Numbered from the stretch's first letter, positions 48,073 to 58,619 are shown. The stretch: 64,000 nt of DNA from an uncultured Gammaproteobacteria bacterium (GCA_964424195.1 CAYRHT010000004.1:76769-140768), one strand, 5' to 3'. A program made the numbers and translations. The notes: generated by a model from the sequence alone, not told the origin.

Positions 48073-49311
48073 ATGAATCGTCAACAAATAATAACAGGAC
48101 TAGATATCGGCTCTAACAAGATTAGAATAGCTGTCGGGCAATATGATGGAGATAGTGGTGAATTACACATTATTGGAGCAACTGAACATCCTTCTAACGG
48201 TATTATTAATGGTAATATAGTTAGCGTAGAAGATGTAGTTAGTTCTATTTCTGCTGTTTTAGAAAAAGTAGAAAGAATTGTAGGAATGCCGGTAGAAAAA
48301 GCAGTAATTGGAATATCAGGACCTCATGTTAAATCTATTACTAGTCAAGGAGTCATAGCAGTTGCTAAAGCAGATGGAGAGATTAAAGATGAGGATTTAG
48401 ATCGAGTTCTAGAAGCAGCTCAAGCTGTAGCTACTCCTCCAAATTATGAAATTCTTCATGTTGTTCCTCGAGACTACAAAGTAGATAATCAAGAAGATGT
48501 TAAAGATCCTATTGGAATGAATGGAGTTCGTTTAGAAGTTAATGCTCAGATTATTATGGCTTTATCTTCTCAAATTAAAACTATTACTAAATGTGTTTAT
48601 CGAACTGGAGTTGATGTTCAAGATTTAGTCTTTTCAATCTTAGCTGATTCTGAATCTGTTTTAAACAAAGAGCAAAAAGAATTGGGAGTAGTATTGGTTA
48701 ATATTGGAGCTTCTACTACTGGTATTGCTGTTTTTGAAGAGGGAGAATTATTACATACTACTGTTTTACCAATAGGTAGTTCTCATATTACTAATGATTT
48801 AGCTATTGGATTAAGAACTTCAATTAAAGTAGCTGAACAAGTTAAATTAGAATATGCTTCTTGTGTGACTGATGATATTAGGAAGAGAGATGATGTTGAT
48901 TTAAATAGTATTGATCAAGAAGAAGGTAAGAGAACTATGGTTTCTAAATATGAAATTGCTAAAATAACTCAAGCTCGAGTAGAAGAAATCTTTGATATGG
49001 TTGGGAAAGAATTAAAAGAGATTGATAGGTTTGGAATGCTTCCTTCAGGGATTGTTTTAACTGGTGGAGGAGCTAAGTTAAACGGGATAGTTGAATTAGC
49101 TAAAAAACAATTACAATTACCAGCATTTTTAGCTAAACCTAAGAAGATTAGTACAGTGGTTGATAAGATATATGATTTAAGTTATAGCAATGCTTTAGGT
49201 TTAATTTTGTGGGAGAATAAGAATAAAGGTGATGCGGGATGGACTTCTTCCATGAATTTAGGTGGTTTAATGTCAAAGGTTCCGAAATGGCTTAAATCTT
49301 TAATGCCTTAA
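48073..49311 (+). CDS. ftsA: Cell division protein FtsA
   Basis: GLDIGSNKI, DPIGMNGVRLE, GIVLTGGGA; upstream of ftsZ. Confidence 0.97.
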   Translation: MNRQQIITGLDIGSNKIRIAVGQYDGDSGELHIIGATEHPSNGIINGNIVSVEDVVSSISAVLEKVERIVGMPVEKAVIGISGPHVKSITSQGVIAVAKADGEIKDEDLDRVLEAAQAVATPPNYEILHVVPRDYKVDNQEDVKDPIGMNGVRLEVNAQIIMALSSQIKTITKCVYRTGVDVQDLVFSILADSESVLNKEQKELGVVLVNIGASTTGIAVFEEGELLHTTVLPIGSSHITNDLAIGLRTSIKVAEQVKLEYASCVTDDIRKRDDVDLNSIDQEEGKRTMVSKYEIAKITQARVEEIFDMVGKELKEIDRFGMLPSGIVLTGGGAKLNGIVELAKKQLQLPAFLAKPKKISTVVDKIYDLSYSNALGLILWENKNKGDAGWTSSMNLGGLMSKVPKWLKSLMP

Positions 49312-49335
49312 ATTATTAATATTAAAATTTCAAAT

Positions 49336-50508
49336 ATGAAAAAATCTAAAGAAATAAAACCAGAGATTGAAACATTTGCTAAGATAAAAGTAGTAGGTGT
49401 TGGTGGTTCAGGTGGTTCAGCTATAAATAGAATGATAGATGATAAAATTAGAGGTGTAGAATTCATAGCAGTTAATACAGATGCTCAAGCCCTGTCTTCT
49501 TCTAAAGCTAAGACTAAAGTTCAAATTGGTATTGATACTACCAAAGGTTTAGGTGCTGGAATGGATCCAGATACAGGAGCTAGATCAGCAGAAGAAAATA
49601 TTGATGATATTGAAAAATCACTTTCTGATTCAGATATGGTTTTTATAACTTGTGGATTAGGTGGTGGAACTGGTACAGGAGCTGCTCCGGTAGTTGCTGA
49701 TATTGCTAAGAATCAAGATGCTCTAACCGTAGCAGTAGTTACTAAGCCCTTTAATTTTGAAGGAGCTCAAAGAAAGAGTATTGCAGAGAGAGGTTTAGAT
49801 GAATTAGAGAGTAGAGTAGATACAATCATTACTATTCCTAATGATCGAATATTGAGTATTATAGATCGTAAGACTTCTTTGTTAGAATCTTTTAAAACAG
49901 TTGATGATATATTACATCAAGGTATTCAAGGTATTTCTGAAATAATTACCGTTCCTGGTTTAGTTAATGTAGATTTTGCTGATGTAAAAGCTATTATGGC
50001 TGATGCTGGTTCGGCTTTAATGGGAATTGGTAAAGCAGCTGGTGAAGATCGAGCTAAAAGAGCTGCTAAAGAAGCAGTAGATAGTCCATTACTAGATGTA
50101 TCAATTGCTGGTGCTAAGGGTATATTATTCACAGTTACTGGTGGTGCAGACTTAACTATGTTTGAAGTTAATGAAATAGCAGAAATTATTACTGCTTCAG
50201 CTGATGGTAATGCTAAAATTATCTTTGGAACTGTGATAGATGAATCTATGAAAGGTGATATTAAAGTTATGGTAATTGCTACTGGTTTTGAAAGTTTTGA
50301 TATTTCTCAAAAAGAAATTAAAGGATCACATTCTTCATATACTCCTAATCAATATATTTCTAAGACTAATAAAGTAGAGGATGACGAAGATGATGATAAC
50401 GCTATAGAAATTAGTGATGACGAAGATGATGACGAGTCAGTAGAAGAGGTAGCTGAAGTTGAAAATGAATTAGATATTCCGGCTTTTATTCGAAAGAAAA
50501 TGAAGTAA
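49336..50508 (+). CDS. ftsZ: Cell division protein FtsZ
   Basis: GGGTGTG, NVDFADV, C-terminal LDIPAFIR. Confidence 0.99.
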   Translation: MKKSKEIKPEIETFAKIKVVGVGGSGGSAINRMIDDKIRGVEFIAVNTDAQALSSSKAKTKVQIGIDTTKGLGAGMDPDTGARSAEENIDDIEKSLSDSDMVFITCGLGGGTGTGAAPVVADIAKNQDALTVAVVTKPFNFEGAQRKSIAERGLDELESRVDTIITIPNDRILSIIDRKTSLLESFKTVDDILHQGIQGISEIITVPGLVNVDFADVKAIMADAGSALMGIGKAAGEDRAKRAAKEAVDSPLLDVSIAGAKGILFTVTGGADLTMFEVNEIAEIITASADGNAKIIFGTVIDESMKGDIKVMVIATGFESFDISQKEIKGSHSSYTPNQYISKTNKVEDDEDDDNAIEISDDEDDDESVEEVAEVENELDIPAFIRKKMK

Positions 50509-50527
50509 TATAATATAACTTAAAATT

Positions 50528-50986
50528 ATGAAATGTCCTGTTTGTGGTAATGATAATACTAGAGTCTTAGATTCAAGAGTCGCTTCTGATGGAGTTACTG
50601 TTAGAAGAAGAAGAGAATGTTCTAAGAAAAAATGTAGTTTTCGTTTTTCAACAATTGAGGAGATTGAGATTTTAGATTTTACCATAGTAAAAAGGAATGA
50701 CAAGAAAGAAACATATAATAAAGAGAAATTGAAGTCAGGAATTAAAAAAGCTTTAGAAAAAAGACCACATACTGATGAAGAAGTAGCTCAGTTAATTAGA
50801 GATATTGAGATGGACTTACAGAAGACTAAGAAGAGTGAAGTGGGGTCAGAAGTTTTAGGAGACATTGTAATGGATAATTTAAGAAAGTTTGATAAAGTAG
50901 CATATATTCGTTATGCTTCTGTCTATCGTTCATTTGAAGATGTTAAAACATTTGAAAAAGAACTTAGAGATTTAAAAAAGAAATAA
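50528..50986 (+). CDS. nrdR: Transcriptional repressor NrdR
   Basis: MKCPVCG, VLDSR, RRRREC, ATP cone, VAYIRYASVY. Confidence 0.96.
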   Translation: MKCPVCGNDNTRVLDSRVASDGVTVRRRRECSKKKCSFRFSTIEEIEILDFTIVKRNDKKETYNKEKLKSGIKKALEKRPHTDEEVAQLIRDIEMDLQKTKKSEVGSEVLGDIVMDNLRKFDKVAYIRYASVYRSFEDVKTFEKELRDLKKK

Positions 50987-51283
50987 ATGCCAGAATTAAA
51001 ATCAAAACCAGCAGATCATTCATCTGTAGAAAGACTTCTGAAAGAGAATATAGAGTTGAATGAAAAGATCTATGAAAGTTGTCAAAAAACAGAGAAGTAT
51101 ATTCACTTTGTAAAAGCTTTTAGTATATTTAAATTTATTGTAATTTTGATTCCAGTTATTGTTGGTATTTTATATTTACTTCCAGTAGTAGGGGACTTTT
51201 TGGAGATATATAAAGGATTCTTCACTAGTGCAGGAGAAATGACTGGTGTTTTAGATGCTGTGAAAGATATTCAAGGTTTGTAA
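50987..51283 (+). CDS. Small hypothetical membrane protein
   Basis: LLKENIELNEKIY coiled segment followed by one TM helix. Confidence 0.75.
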   Translation: MPELKSKPADHSSVERLLKENIELNEKIYESCQKTEKYIHFVKAFSIFKFIVILIPVIVGILYLLPVVGDFLEIYKGFFTSAGEMTGVLDAVKDIQGL

Positions 51284-51307
51284 TTAGATACTCCTAATGT
51301 TAATAGG

Positions 51308-51331
51308 ACTCATTAAGAAAGTGAGTTTTTT
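51308..51331 (+). terminator. Probable terminator after the nrdR operon
   Basis: actca...tgagt hairpin plus T run. Confidence 0.55.
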
Positions 51332-51354
51332 ATTTTACTAAAACCCTAATTTAT
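51327..51354 (+). repeat. 28-bp direct repeat, left copy
   Basis: tttttattttactaaaaccctaatttat, identical to 54993-55020. Confidence 0.92.
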
Positions 51355-51508
51355 TTAATTTAAATTCTAAATTTATCAATTATTTTTATATAAATAATAT
51401 CTTTTATATATATATGAATTAATAGATTATTAAATAGTTTTTTGATATACTTATACTAAGTAAATATATATTATTTATATAACATAAATTACATTAATTA
51501 TAAAAAAT

Positions 51509-54500
51509 ATGAAAGAAGAAAATAGAACAGGGATTACTACTCAAGTAGCTCAAAGAGTGTCAACAAAAACCAAAGTTCTGGTAGGTGTAGTAATGGGTTT
51601 AGCTATTGTTGGAATGTTTGCTTTTGTAGGAATGGCTTTTGAAAATGTTAAAAATTCAGATTATTATAAAAAATTAAATATTCAAGTTCAGTTAAAGAAA
51701 AAAGGATATTTTGTAAATCAAGATATGGATTCTTATGCTAGTTTTGATAATTTAGGTCAGGATATGATGGATAGAAGTTTCAATGATAGAGAGGAAAAGG
51801 AATTAGGTATTAAAGATATTCAAGGGGTTTTAGAGAAAAAAGGAACATTGTGGCAAGGGGTAGATAATAAAATTTTTAAATTGAATAAAGAAAAAAAAGA
51901 AAATCTTTTAGGTTTAGAAATAACAGAAGAAGAATTAAGAGAAGCTAAAGAAAGAGAAAGAAATCAAATAGTATCAAGAGATGGTGAATTACCTAATTTT
52001 TTTGATTGGAGAGATTTGCATGGTGGTTTAGATTATACGACTCCTGTTAGAGATCAGGGAAATTGTGGTTCTTGTTGGTCTTTTGCAGCTTTAGGAGCTT
52101 TTGAGGCTAATATAGAAGCTTATTATAATAATCCTAATTTAAATATTGATTTATCTGAACAGGATTTAGTTTCTTGTTATTTAGGAGATGGATGTAATGG
52201 TGCCTATACAGGCGAGATTGAATCATTATTTAATGATTATTTTCAAAATACAGGAGTTGCTAATGAGACTTGTTTTCCATATACAGAAACTGATATCGAT
52301 TGTGAAAATAAATGTTCTGATTGGCAAAATGAAGCTTGGAAAACCGTATCTTTTGTAAGTTCAGAAATGACAATTGATGACATTAAAACAGCTTTAATAG
52401 AGAACGGACCTTTAGAAGTTGGTATGGAAGTTTATGCTGATTTTCCTGCTTATGATAATGGAATATATCATCATGTTACTGGCGATCTTTTAGGTTATCA
52501 TGCAGTTTTAATAGTGGGTTATGGGGTTTATGATGGAATGGATTACTGGATTGTTAAAAATTCTTGGGGTGAAGATTGGGGTGATAATGGTTATTTTAAA
52601 ATTTTAGCGGGAGATTCATTAATAGATTCTTTATTTGCTTATGGTATAGAGCAACCAGAAAAATTAATTGAAGATAGTCCAGAAAGATTATGTGTAGATC
52701 AGGATGAAGATGGTTATTGTTATTGGGGTTTAGGTGATGTGCCAAGTACTTGCTCTTCTACTTGTATTCTAGATATTTCGGATTGTAATGATGCTAATGA
52801 AGGAATATTTGAAGATTGCGGGGAAAATACAGAGACTACTGGATTTTTAAATATTACTTCTGAACCGTCTGATGCTGAAGTTTATATTAAAGATTTAGAT
52901 TCTAACAATTGGATCTATCGAGGGAATACACCATTAGAGATTGAGTTAAATGTTGGAGAAAGAGAAGTTTTAGTTTCTAAAGAGGATTATATTGATGATG
53001 AAGAAATTGTGTTAATAAATGAAGATAGTACAGGAAATTATTTTGTTGAATTAAATTTAGCACCTAAATTGATAAGTCCAGAGAATAGAGATATACTGAG
53101 AGCAGGAGGAATTATTGAAATAATTGGTACTGTACCAGGACCAGATTTAGAGAGTTTTTCAATAGAATATGGTTTAGGTGAAAATCCAACAGAATGGTTT
53201 ACTGAAGGAATAGATTTAATAAATAATGGTCAAGTTCCAATTGTAGAAGATGTTTTAGCTACTTGGAATACTAGTTTTATTACTGAAGATAATTTTTATA
53301 CATTAAGATTGATAATAAATTTTACTAATGAAGGAGAAACTTTTTATATTGAAAATCTTTATTTAGATTCTACTTTAAAAGAAGGATGGCCTATTAAATT
53401 GGATAATAGAGAAAGTGATGTATATTGGGGTCTTTTTCAACCTTCTGTGGCTGATTTAAATAATGATGGAAATAAAGAAATTATAGTATATGAAGCAGGT
53501 AATGATAATAAATTATATGTATATGATTATGCAGGGAATATATTACCAAATTTTCCAGTAAATTTACCAAGTGATGGATTGGAAAGCATTGTTGTTCTGC
53601 CGGCAATAGGGGATATAAATAATGATGGTTTTAAGGAGATAATAATACTAGGAGGAAATATTTACACTGTTGATTGTGGAAGGGCTCCTCTAATTTTAAT
53701 TTATGATTATTATGGAAATCAATTAGATTCATTTCCTCTAGCATATCCTGATTTGCCTTATGGTTGTGATACTTTTTCCATAGATCAACCAGCAATATCT
53801 TTAGCAGATTTAAATCAAGATGGAAATTTAGAAATAATAGTATTAGGAGGCACAGCAATTACTATATTAGATAATTTTGGGAATACTTTTAATGGTTGGC
53901 CTAAATATCTTTCTGGTTGGGTAGGAGGAACTCATGAGAGTAGTCCAGCAGTTGGAAATCTAGATGATGACGATGATTTAGAAATTATAGTTTCTAAAGA
54001 TTGGGCTCCGACACAAGGTAATCCAGTTGATAATAAGGGAATGATTTATGTTTGGAATTTTAATGGAACTAATGTTCCAGGATGGCCTATTGAGACTCAT
54101 GGATATTCTCATTCTTCAGCTACCATAGGAGATATAGATAATGATGGAGAAAATGAAGTAGTTGTGGGATTTAATTATGATGAAAATCCTCCTAACGATT
54201 ATGGTATATATATTTACGATAACAATGGAAATGTTTTAGATGGTTGGCCTCAACTTTACAATAAAGAGGTATGGAGTAATCCCGTTTTAGGTGATTTTGA
54301 TAATAATAATGAATTAGAGATAATTGTTAGTAGTTTTTATCATCCATATGAAACATATATATTTGATAACAATGGAAATGTTTTAGATGGTTGGCCTCAG
54401 CAAATGTGTTATGCAGATTGGTATTCACCTATAGTTTCTGATATTACTGGGGATGGTATTTTAGATGTTATAACTAATAATAATTTTGATAGTGATTGTT

Positions 54501-54952
54501 CTATTTATGCTTGGAATTATGACGGTAGTTTAATTAATAATTTTCCTAAAATAACACAATCTTCAGTATATTCTCCAGTTGTTATTTCTGATATTGATAA
54601 TAATAATTTTTTAGAATTAATTGCTACATCTAATTCATTCAATTATGAAGATGGGATAGTTGAAAGAGTTATTTATGTTTGGGATTTAGATGCTTCTTCT
54701 AATTCTAATGAATTATCTTGGTCGCAATTTAGGCATGACAATCAAAATACTGGTAATTATAATTTTAGAAGATGTTCTAATGAAGTAGCTTATAGCGAAT
54801 GTTCTAGTGAGCAACCATTATTTTGTAGTAATGGAGAATTGATAGATGATTGTCAGGAATGTGGATGTCCAATGGATGAATCTTGTCAGGAAGACGGAAG
54901 TTGCGATTTGACTAAATCTAAAGAGACAGAAGCAACACCTAATACTCGTTAA
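51509..54952 (+). CDS. Membrane-anchored papain-like (C1A) cysteine peptidase with PEGA domain and FG-GAP/VCBS-like repeats
   Basis: FDWR, QGNCGSCWSF, LSEQDLVSC, HAVLIVGYG, KNSWG; ITSEPSDAEVYI...G.TP; repeated ADLNNDGNKEII/GWP. Confidence 0.92.
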   Translation: MKEENRTGITTQVAQRVSTKTKVLVGVVMGLAIVGMFAFVGMAFENVKNSDYYKKLNIQVQLKKKGYFVNQDMDSYASFDNLGQDMMDRSFNDREEKELGIKDIQGVLEKKGTLWQGVDNKIFKLNKEKKENLLGLEITEEELREAKERERNQIVSRDGELPNFFDWRDLHGGLDYTTPVRDQGNCGSCWSFAALGAFEANIEAYYNNPNLNIDLSEQDLVSCYLGDGCNGAYTGEIESLFNDYFQNTGVANETCFPYTETDIDCENKCSDWQNEAWKTVSFVSSEMTIDDIKTALIENGPLEVGMEVYADFPAYDNGIYHHVTGDLLGYHAVLIVGYGVYDGMDYWIVKNSWGEDWGDNGYFKILAGDSLIDSLFAYGIEQPEKLIEDSPERLCVDQDEDGYCYWGLGDVPSTCSSTCILDISDCNDANEGIFEDCGENTETTGFLNITSEPSDAEVYIKDLDSNNWIYRGNTPLEIELNVGEREVLVSKEDYIDDEEIVLINEDSTGNYFVELNLAPKLISPENRDILRAGGIIEIIGTVPGPDLESFSIEYGLGENPTEWFTEGIDLINNGQVPIVEDVLATWNTSFITEDNFYTLRLIINFTNEGETFYIENLYLDSTLKEGWPIKLDNRESDVYWGLFQPSVADLNNDGNKEIIVYEAGNDNKLYVYDYAGNILPNFPVNLPSDGLESIVVLPAIGDINNDGFKEIIILGGNIYTVDCGRAPLILIYDYYGNQLDSFPLAYPDLPYGCDTFSIDQPAISLADLNQDGNLEIIVLGGTAITILDNFGNTFNGWPKYLSGWVGGTHESSPAVGNLDDDDDLEIIVSKDWAPTQGNPVDNKGMIYVWNFNGTNVPGWPIETHGYSHSSATIGDIDNDGENEVVVGFNYDENPPNDYGIYIYDNNGNVLDGWPQLYNKEVWSNPVLGDFDNNNELEIIVSSFYHPYETYIFDNNGNVLDGWPQQMCYADWYSPIVSDITGDGILDVITNNNFDSDCSIYAWNYDGSLINNFPKITQSSVYSPVVISDIDNNNFLELIATSNSFNYEDGIVERVIYVWDLDASSNSNELSWSQFRHDNQNTGNYNFRRCSNEVAYSECSSEQPLFCSNGELIDDCQECGCPMDESCQEDGSCDLTKSKETEATPNTR

Positions 54953-54960
54953 TAATGCTA

Positions 54961-54997
54961 AATCCCTCCAACTTTTAATCAAGTTGAAGGGATTTTT
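54961..54997 (+). terminator. Intrinsic terminator after the peptidase gene
   Basis: aatccct-c-caactt...aagttg-a-agggatt plus T run. Confidence 0.8.
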
Positions 54998-55020
54998 ATT
55001 TTACTAAAACCCTAATTTAT
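54993..55020 (+). repeat. 28-bp direct repeat, right copy
   Basis: Identical to 51327-51354. Confidence 0.92.
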
Positions 55021-55064
55021 GGGAAAATATAGATAGAAGGATTTTTTAATTCCTAATTTTAGAT

Positions 55065-55451
55065 ATGAAAATAAAGCAAACTAGTTTCAATATTTTTAAA
55101 TTAATCTTTGTAGATTTAATTTTAGAAATTATCTATTTTCCATTTTGGTGGTATTCTTCTGGTTTGTATCGAACTGGAGCTTTTTCTTTAAAACAAATAG
55201 CTCAACAATGGAATAATATGGGAATGGGTATTCATTTTAAGTTTCTATTTAAACCAATGTATGCTCAAAGGGATTTTAGTGGTCGAGTAATTAGTTTCTT
55301 TGCTCGTTTTATACAACTAATTTTTAAATTAGTTGTTTTTTTAATACTTATTTTAATATTCTTAGCACTCTTCTTGTTATGGATAATCTTACCGATTATT
55401 ATTATTTGGCAGATAAAGTTAAATTATGAATTTATAAGAAATGTTGGATAA
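55065..55451 (+). CDS. Hypothetical membrane protein coupled to the Clp-like ATPase
   Basis: YFPFWWYS, LFKPMY, GRVISFF.R, hydrophobic C-terminus; overlaps the next gene start. Confidence 0.8.
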   Translation: MKIKQTSFNIFKLIFVDLILEIIYFPFWWYSSGLYRTGAFSLKQIAQQWNNMGMGIHFKFLFKPMYAQRDFSGRVISFFARFIQLIFKLVVFLILILIFLALFLLWIILPIIIIWQIKLNYEFIRNVG

Positions 55452-58113
55452 AAATATAATAATTAGCTGTGATAAATGTAATGGTGATGTAAAATGTCCA
55501 AATTGTTTAGGTCATCAAAATTATATTAAACTAGGTAATTTTTTAATTTATTGGGATAAAGATTATAGTGATTTAAATGTTTTAGTTGATCAAACTAGAA
55601 AGGTTATTAAAGTAGTGATGAATTTGATATTAATTATCTTTTTAGTTATGGGTTTATTTGCTTTGATTTACCATCTTTATTTATTAATGAATTCTGATAG
55701 TAATTTATTAGTTTTAGGTAATTGGCAGGGTATTTATTTGCTTATATTTTGGCTTAGTCTATTCTTCGATATGTTTTTATTCTATAGATTAAAGAAGCAT
55801 CGGTTTGAAATTGAAAAAGTAGTAAAGGTAAGTTCTTTTGATGAGGATAGGGATAAAATAATTGAGAAGAATATCTATAAATCTTTAAGTAAGGATGTAA
55901 AAAAACTTCTTTTAAGATCTTGGTTTGCATCTAAGAAAAGTAAAGCAAAAGCAATTGATCCTTTATATCTATTTTTATCATTATTAGGAAATCCAAATAT
56001 TAGTTTAATTTTTAGTCGTTTAGGAATTAATAAAGATAGTTTTAAAAAGAAGTTAGAGAGATTAATAGAAGAAAGAGGAGAAGTAAAACAAAAAGAGTTT
56101 GATTTAAATGTTATTATGTTTAACTCCTATCTAATAGCTCATCGATCTATGTCATCTCAAGTTATGGTTAGTCATATCTTAGAATCTTTAGCTCTGAGTA
56201 ATGAAAATGTATTAGAATTGTTCTTAGATTCAGGTGTGAGTGTTGATCAGATTAATAATGTTATCATGTGGGTAAAATTAGGTGAGAGTTTAAGGGATAA
56301 ATACAAGAGGTATAAAGCTCGTTCTGTATTTAAACCTAAAGGAGCTATGAATAGGTCAATGACTGCCATTGCTACACCATTGTTAGATAGATTTAGTCAG
56401 GATATGACTTATCTAGCTAAAATGGGTTATTTAGGACTAAATATAGCTCGAGGAAGTAAAATAGAAGAGATTTATCGAATTATAGAAACTGGAAGTAATG
56501 GAGTAATGTTAGTAGGTCAACCAGGAGTTGGTAAAGATAGTGTGATTGAAGGTTTAGCAAATAGAATGGCTGCTGAGGAAGTTCCTAAGCATTTACAAGA
56601 TAAAAGATTAGTTAGTCTATCTCTTTCAAGTTTAGTTTCTAAATCTTCAGTAGAGGGACAGGTAGAGAATAATCTTTTGAGAATAGTAAATGAAGTAGTT
56701 AGATCTGGTAATATAATTTTAATTATTCAAGATATTCATAATATTGTGGGAGTGACATCAGCTGGGACTGAAAATGTAGATTTGTCAGAAGTTCTAGCAG
56801 ATGTAATTGCTAAGTATAATATCATGATTATTGGAACTACAACTCCAAATGATTATACTAAATACCTAGAAAGAAATCCTTTATCTTCTAATTTATTAAA
56901 AGTAGATTTACCAGAACCTAATTTTAATGAAACAGTTCAAATCTTAGAAGCTAAAACTTTTGCTATTGAGAATAAGTATAAAGTATATTTCTCCTATCAA
57001 GCTATTGAAAAGATTGTGAAATTAACTACTAACTATATCCATGATCGTTTTCAACCTAGTAAATCTATTAAAATATTAGAAGAAGTAGCTGTGATGGTTA
57101 AAAAAGCAAAGGGTAAGAATCGTTTAGTAACCATTGAAGATGTTTCAAAGATTGTTTCTGAAAAAGTAAATATTCCTTTGGAAAGCGTTAGTGATTCAGA
57201 GAGTGATAAGCTAATGAATTTAGAGGAATTAATTCATAAAAGAGTTATTGGACAGCATGAAGCGGTGAAAATGGTTTCTTCAGCTCTTAGAAGAGCTCGA
57301 GCTGAACTAAGAGATGAGGATAAACCAATTACTAACTTATTGTTTTTAGGTCCTACTGGTGTTGGTAAAACAGAATTAGCTAAGACAGTTTCCCAAATAT
57401 TTTTTAATAGCGAAGATGATTTAATTAGATTGGATATGTCTGAATATCAAGAGAGAACTAGCTTGGGTCGTTTAATTGGTATGGAAGGAAGTACAGAAGG
57501 TGGAGTTTTAACTGAAGCTATTCGAAAGAATCCTTTTTCATTATTATTACTAGATGAGATTGAAAAAGCTCATCCAGATATATTGAATATATTTTTACAA
57601 GTTATGGATGATGGTCGTCTAACCGATTCTAGTGGACGAACTATAGATTTTTCAAATTGTATCATTATTGCTACTTCTAATGCTGCAGCTTTTTATATCC
57701 AAGATCAAGTAGCTCTAGGTACTGATTTAGAGAAAATAAAACAAGATTTATTACAGAATGAATTAAGATCTAATTTTAGACCTGAGTTTTTAAATCGTTT
57801 TAATGGTGTTGTGCTATTCAAACCTCTAACTCCTAAAGAAATAGAGCAAATTACAGTCTTAATGTTGAAGAAAGTAGCTAAGAGATTAGAAAAGAAAGGA
57901 ATTAATTTTAGGGCTTCTGAAGAAGCTATTAAAGAGTTAGCAGAAGTTGGTTTTTCTAAAGAATTTGGAGCTCGACCTTTAGCAAGAGCTATCCAACAAA
58001 GAGTAGATAATTCTCTTGCTAATTTTTTACTTACTGGTAAAATTGGAAGACGAGACAAGGTTGTTCTAGAAAAAGGAGGGGAAATTAGAATTGAAAAAGC
58101 TAAAAAGTTTTAA
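55441..58113 (+). CDS. Membrane-anchored ClpA/B/C-family AAA+ ATPase
   Basis: N-terminal CxxC..CxxC and two TM helices; NBD1 GQPGVGKD; NBD2 GPTGVGKT, RLDMSEY, LLLDEIEKAH, FRPEFLNR, GARPL. Confidence 0.92.
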   Translation: MLDKNIIISCDKCNGDVKCPNCLGHQNYIKLGNFLIYWDKDYSDLNVLVDQTRKVIKVVMNLILIIFLVMGLFALIYHLYLLMNSDSNLLVLGNWQGIYLLIFWLSLFFDMFLFYRLKKHRFEIEKVVKVSSFDEDRDKIIEKNIYKSLSKDVKKLLLRSWFASKKSKAKAIDPLYLFLSLLGNPNISLIFSRLGINKDSFKKKLERLIEERGEVKQKEFDLNVIMFNSYLIAHRSMSSQVMVSHILESLALSNENVLELFLDSGVSVDQINNVIMWVKLGESLRDKYKRYKARSVFKPKGAMNRSMTAIATPLLDRFSQDMTYLAKMGYLGLNIARGSKIEEIYRIIETGSNGVMLVGQPGVGKDSVIEGLANRMAAEEVPKHLQDKRLVSLSLSSLVSKSSVEGQVENNLLRIVNEVVRSGNIILIIQDIHNIVGVTSAGTENVDLSEVLADVIAKYNIMIIGTTTPNDYTKYLERNPLSSNLLKVDLPEPNFNETVQILEAKTFAIENKYKVYFSYQAIEKIVKLTTNYIHDRFQPSKSIKILEEVAVMVKKAKGKNRLVTIEDVSKIVSEKVNIPLESVSDSESDKLMNLEELIHKRVIGQHEAVKMVSSALRRARAELRDEDKPITNLLFLGPTGVGKTELAKTVSQIFFNSEDDLIRLDMSEYQERTSLGRLIGMEGSTEGGVLTEAIRKNPFSLLLLDEIEKAHPDILNIFLQVMDDGRLTDSSGRTIDFSNCIIIATSNAAAFYIQDQVALGTDLEKIKQDLLQNELRSNFRPEFLNRFNGVVLFKPLTPKEIEQITVLMLKKVAKRLEKKGINFRASEEAIKELAEVGFSKEFGARPLARAIQQRVDNSLANFLLTGKIGRRDKVVLEKGGEIRIEKAKKF

Positions 58114-58124
58114 TAATAAAAAAT

Positions 58125-58613
58125 ATGAAGATTCAGATTTTTGCTACTGGTGGTACGTTTGATAAAGAGTATAACGAAGTTACAGAGAAACTCTATTTTG
58201 ATCGTACTCATTTAACAGAAATGTTAAAGACTGCTCGTTGTCAGTTAAAAGTAGACATCAAGAAATTAATGATGATTGATAGTTTAGATATGAAGAAAAA
58301 AGAACGAGAGGTAATTTTAAAGAATTGTCAGAAATCTAAGAGTAATAAGATAGTGATTACTCATGGAACTGGAACAATGGATAAGACTGCTAAGTTATTG
58401 GATAAAAATATTAAAGATAAAACTATTATAATTACTGGAGCAATGATTCCCTATCGTTTTGGTAAATCTGATGGAGTATTTAATTTGGGAAGCGCTTTAG
58501 CTTTAGTTCAAGTACTAGATCCTGGTATTTATATAGTAATGAATGGAGAATATTTTAGAGCTGGTACTTTTAAGAAGAATCAATTAAAAGGTAAATTTGA
58601 GAAAATTAAATAA
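58125..58613 (+). CDS. Short asparaginase/glutaminase N-terminal domain protein
   Basis: ATGGTFDK, ITHGTGTM, TGAMIP. Confidence 0.88.
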   Translation: MKIQIFATGGTFDKEYNEVTEKLYFDRTHLTEMLKTARCQLKVDIKKLMMIDSLDMKKKEREVILKNCQKSKSNKIVITHGTGTMDKTAKLLDKNIKDKTIIITGAMIPYRFGKSDGVFNLGSALALVQVLDPGIYIVMNGEYFRAGTFKKNQLKGKFEKIK

Positions 58614-58619
58614 TATATT

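Noticed and set aside
54218-54399. Exact 35-bp repeat inside the peptidase gene (54218-54252, 54365-54399)
   Set aside because: Explained by adjacent FG-GAP-like blades (DNNGNVLDGWPQ); ordinary intragenic repeat.
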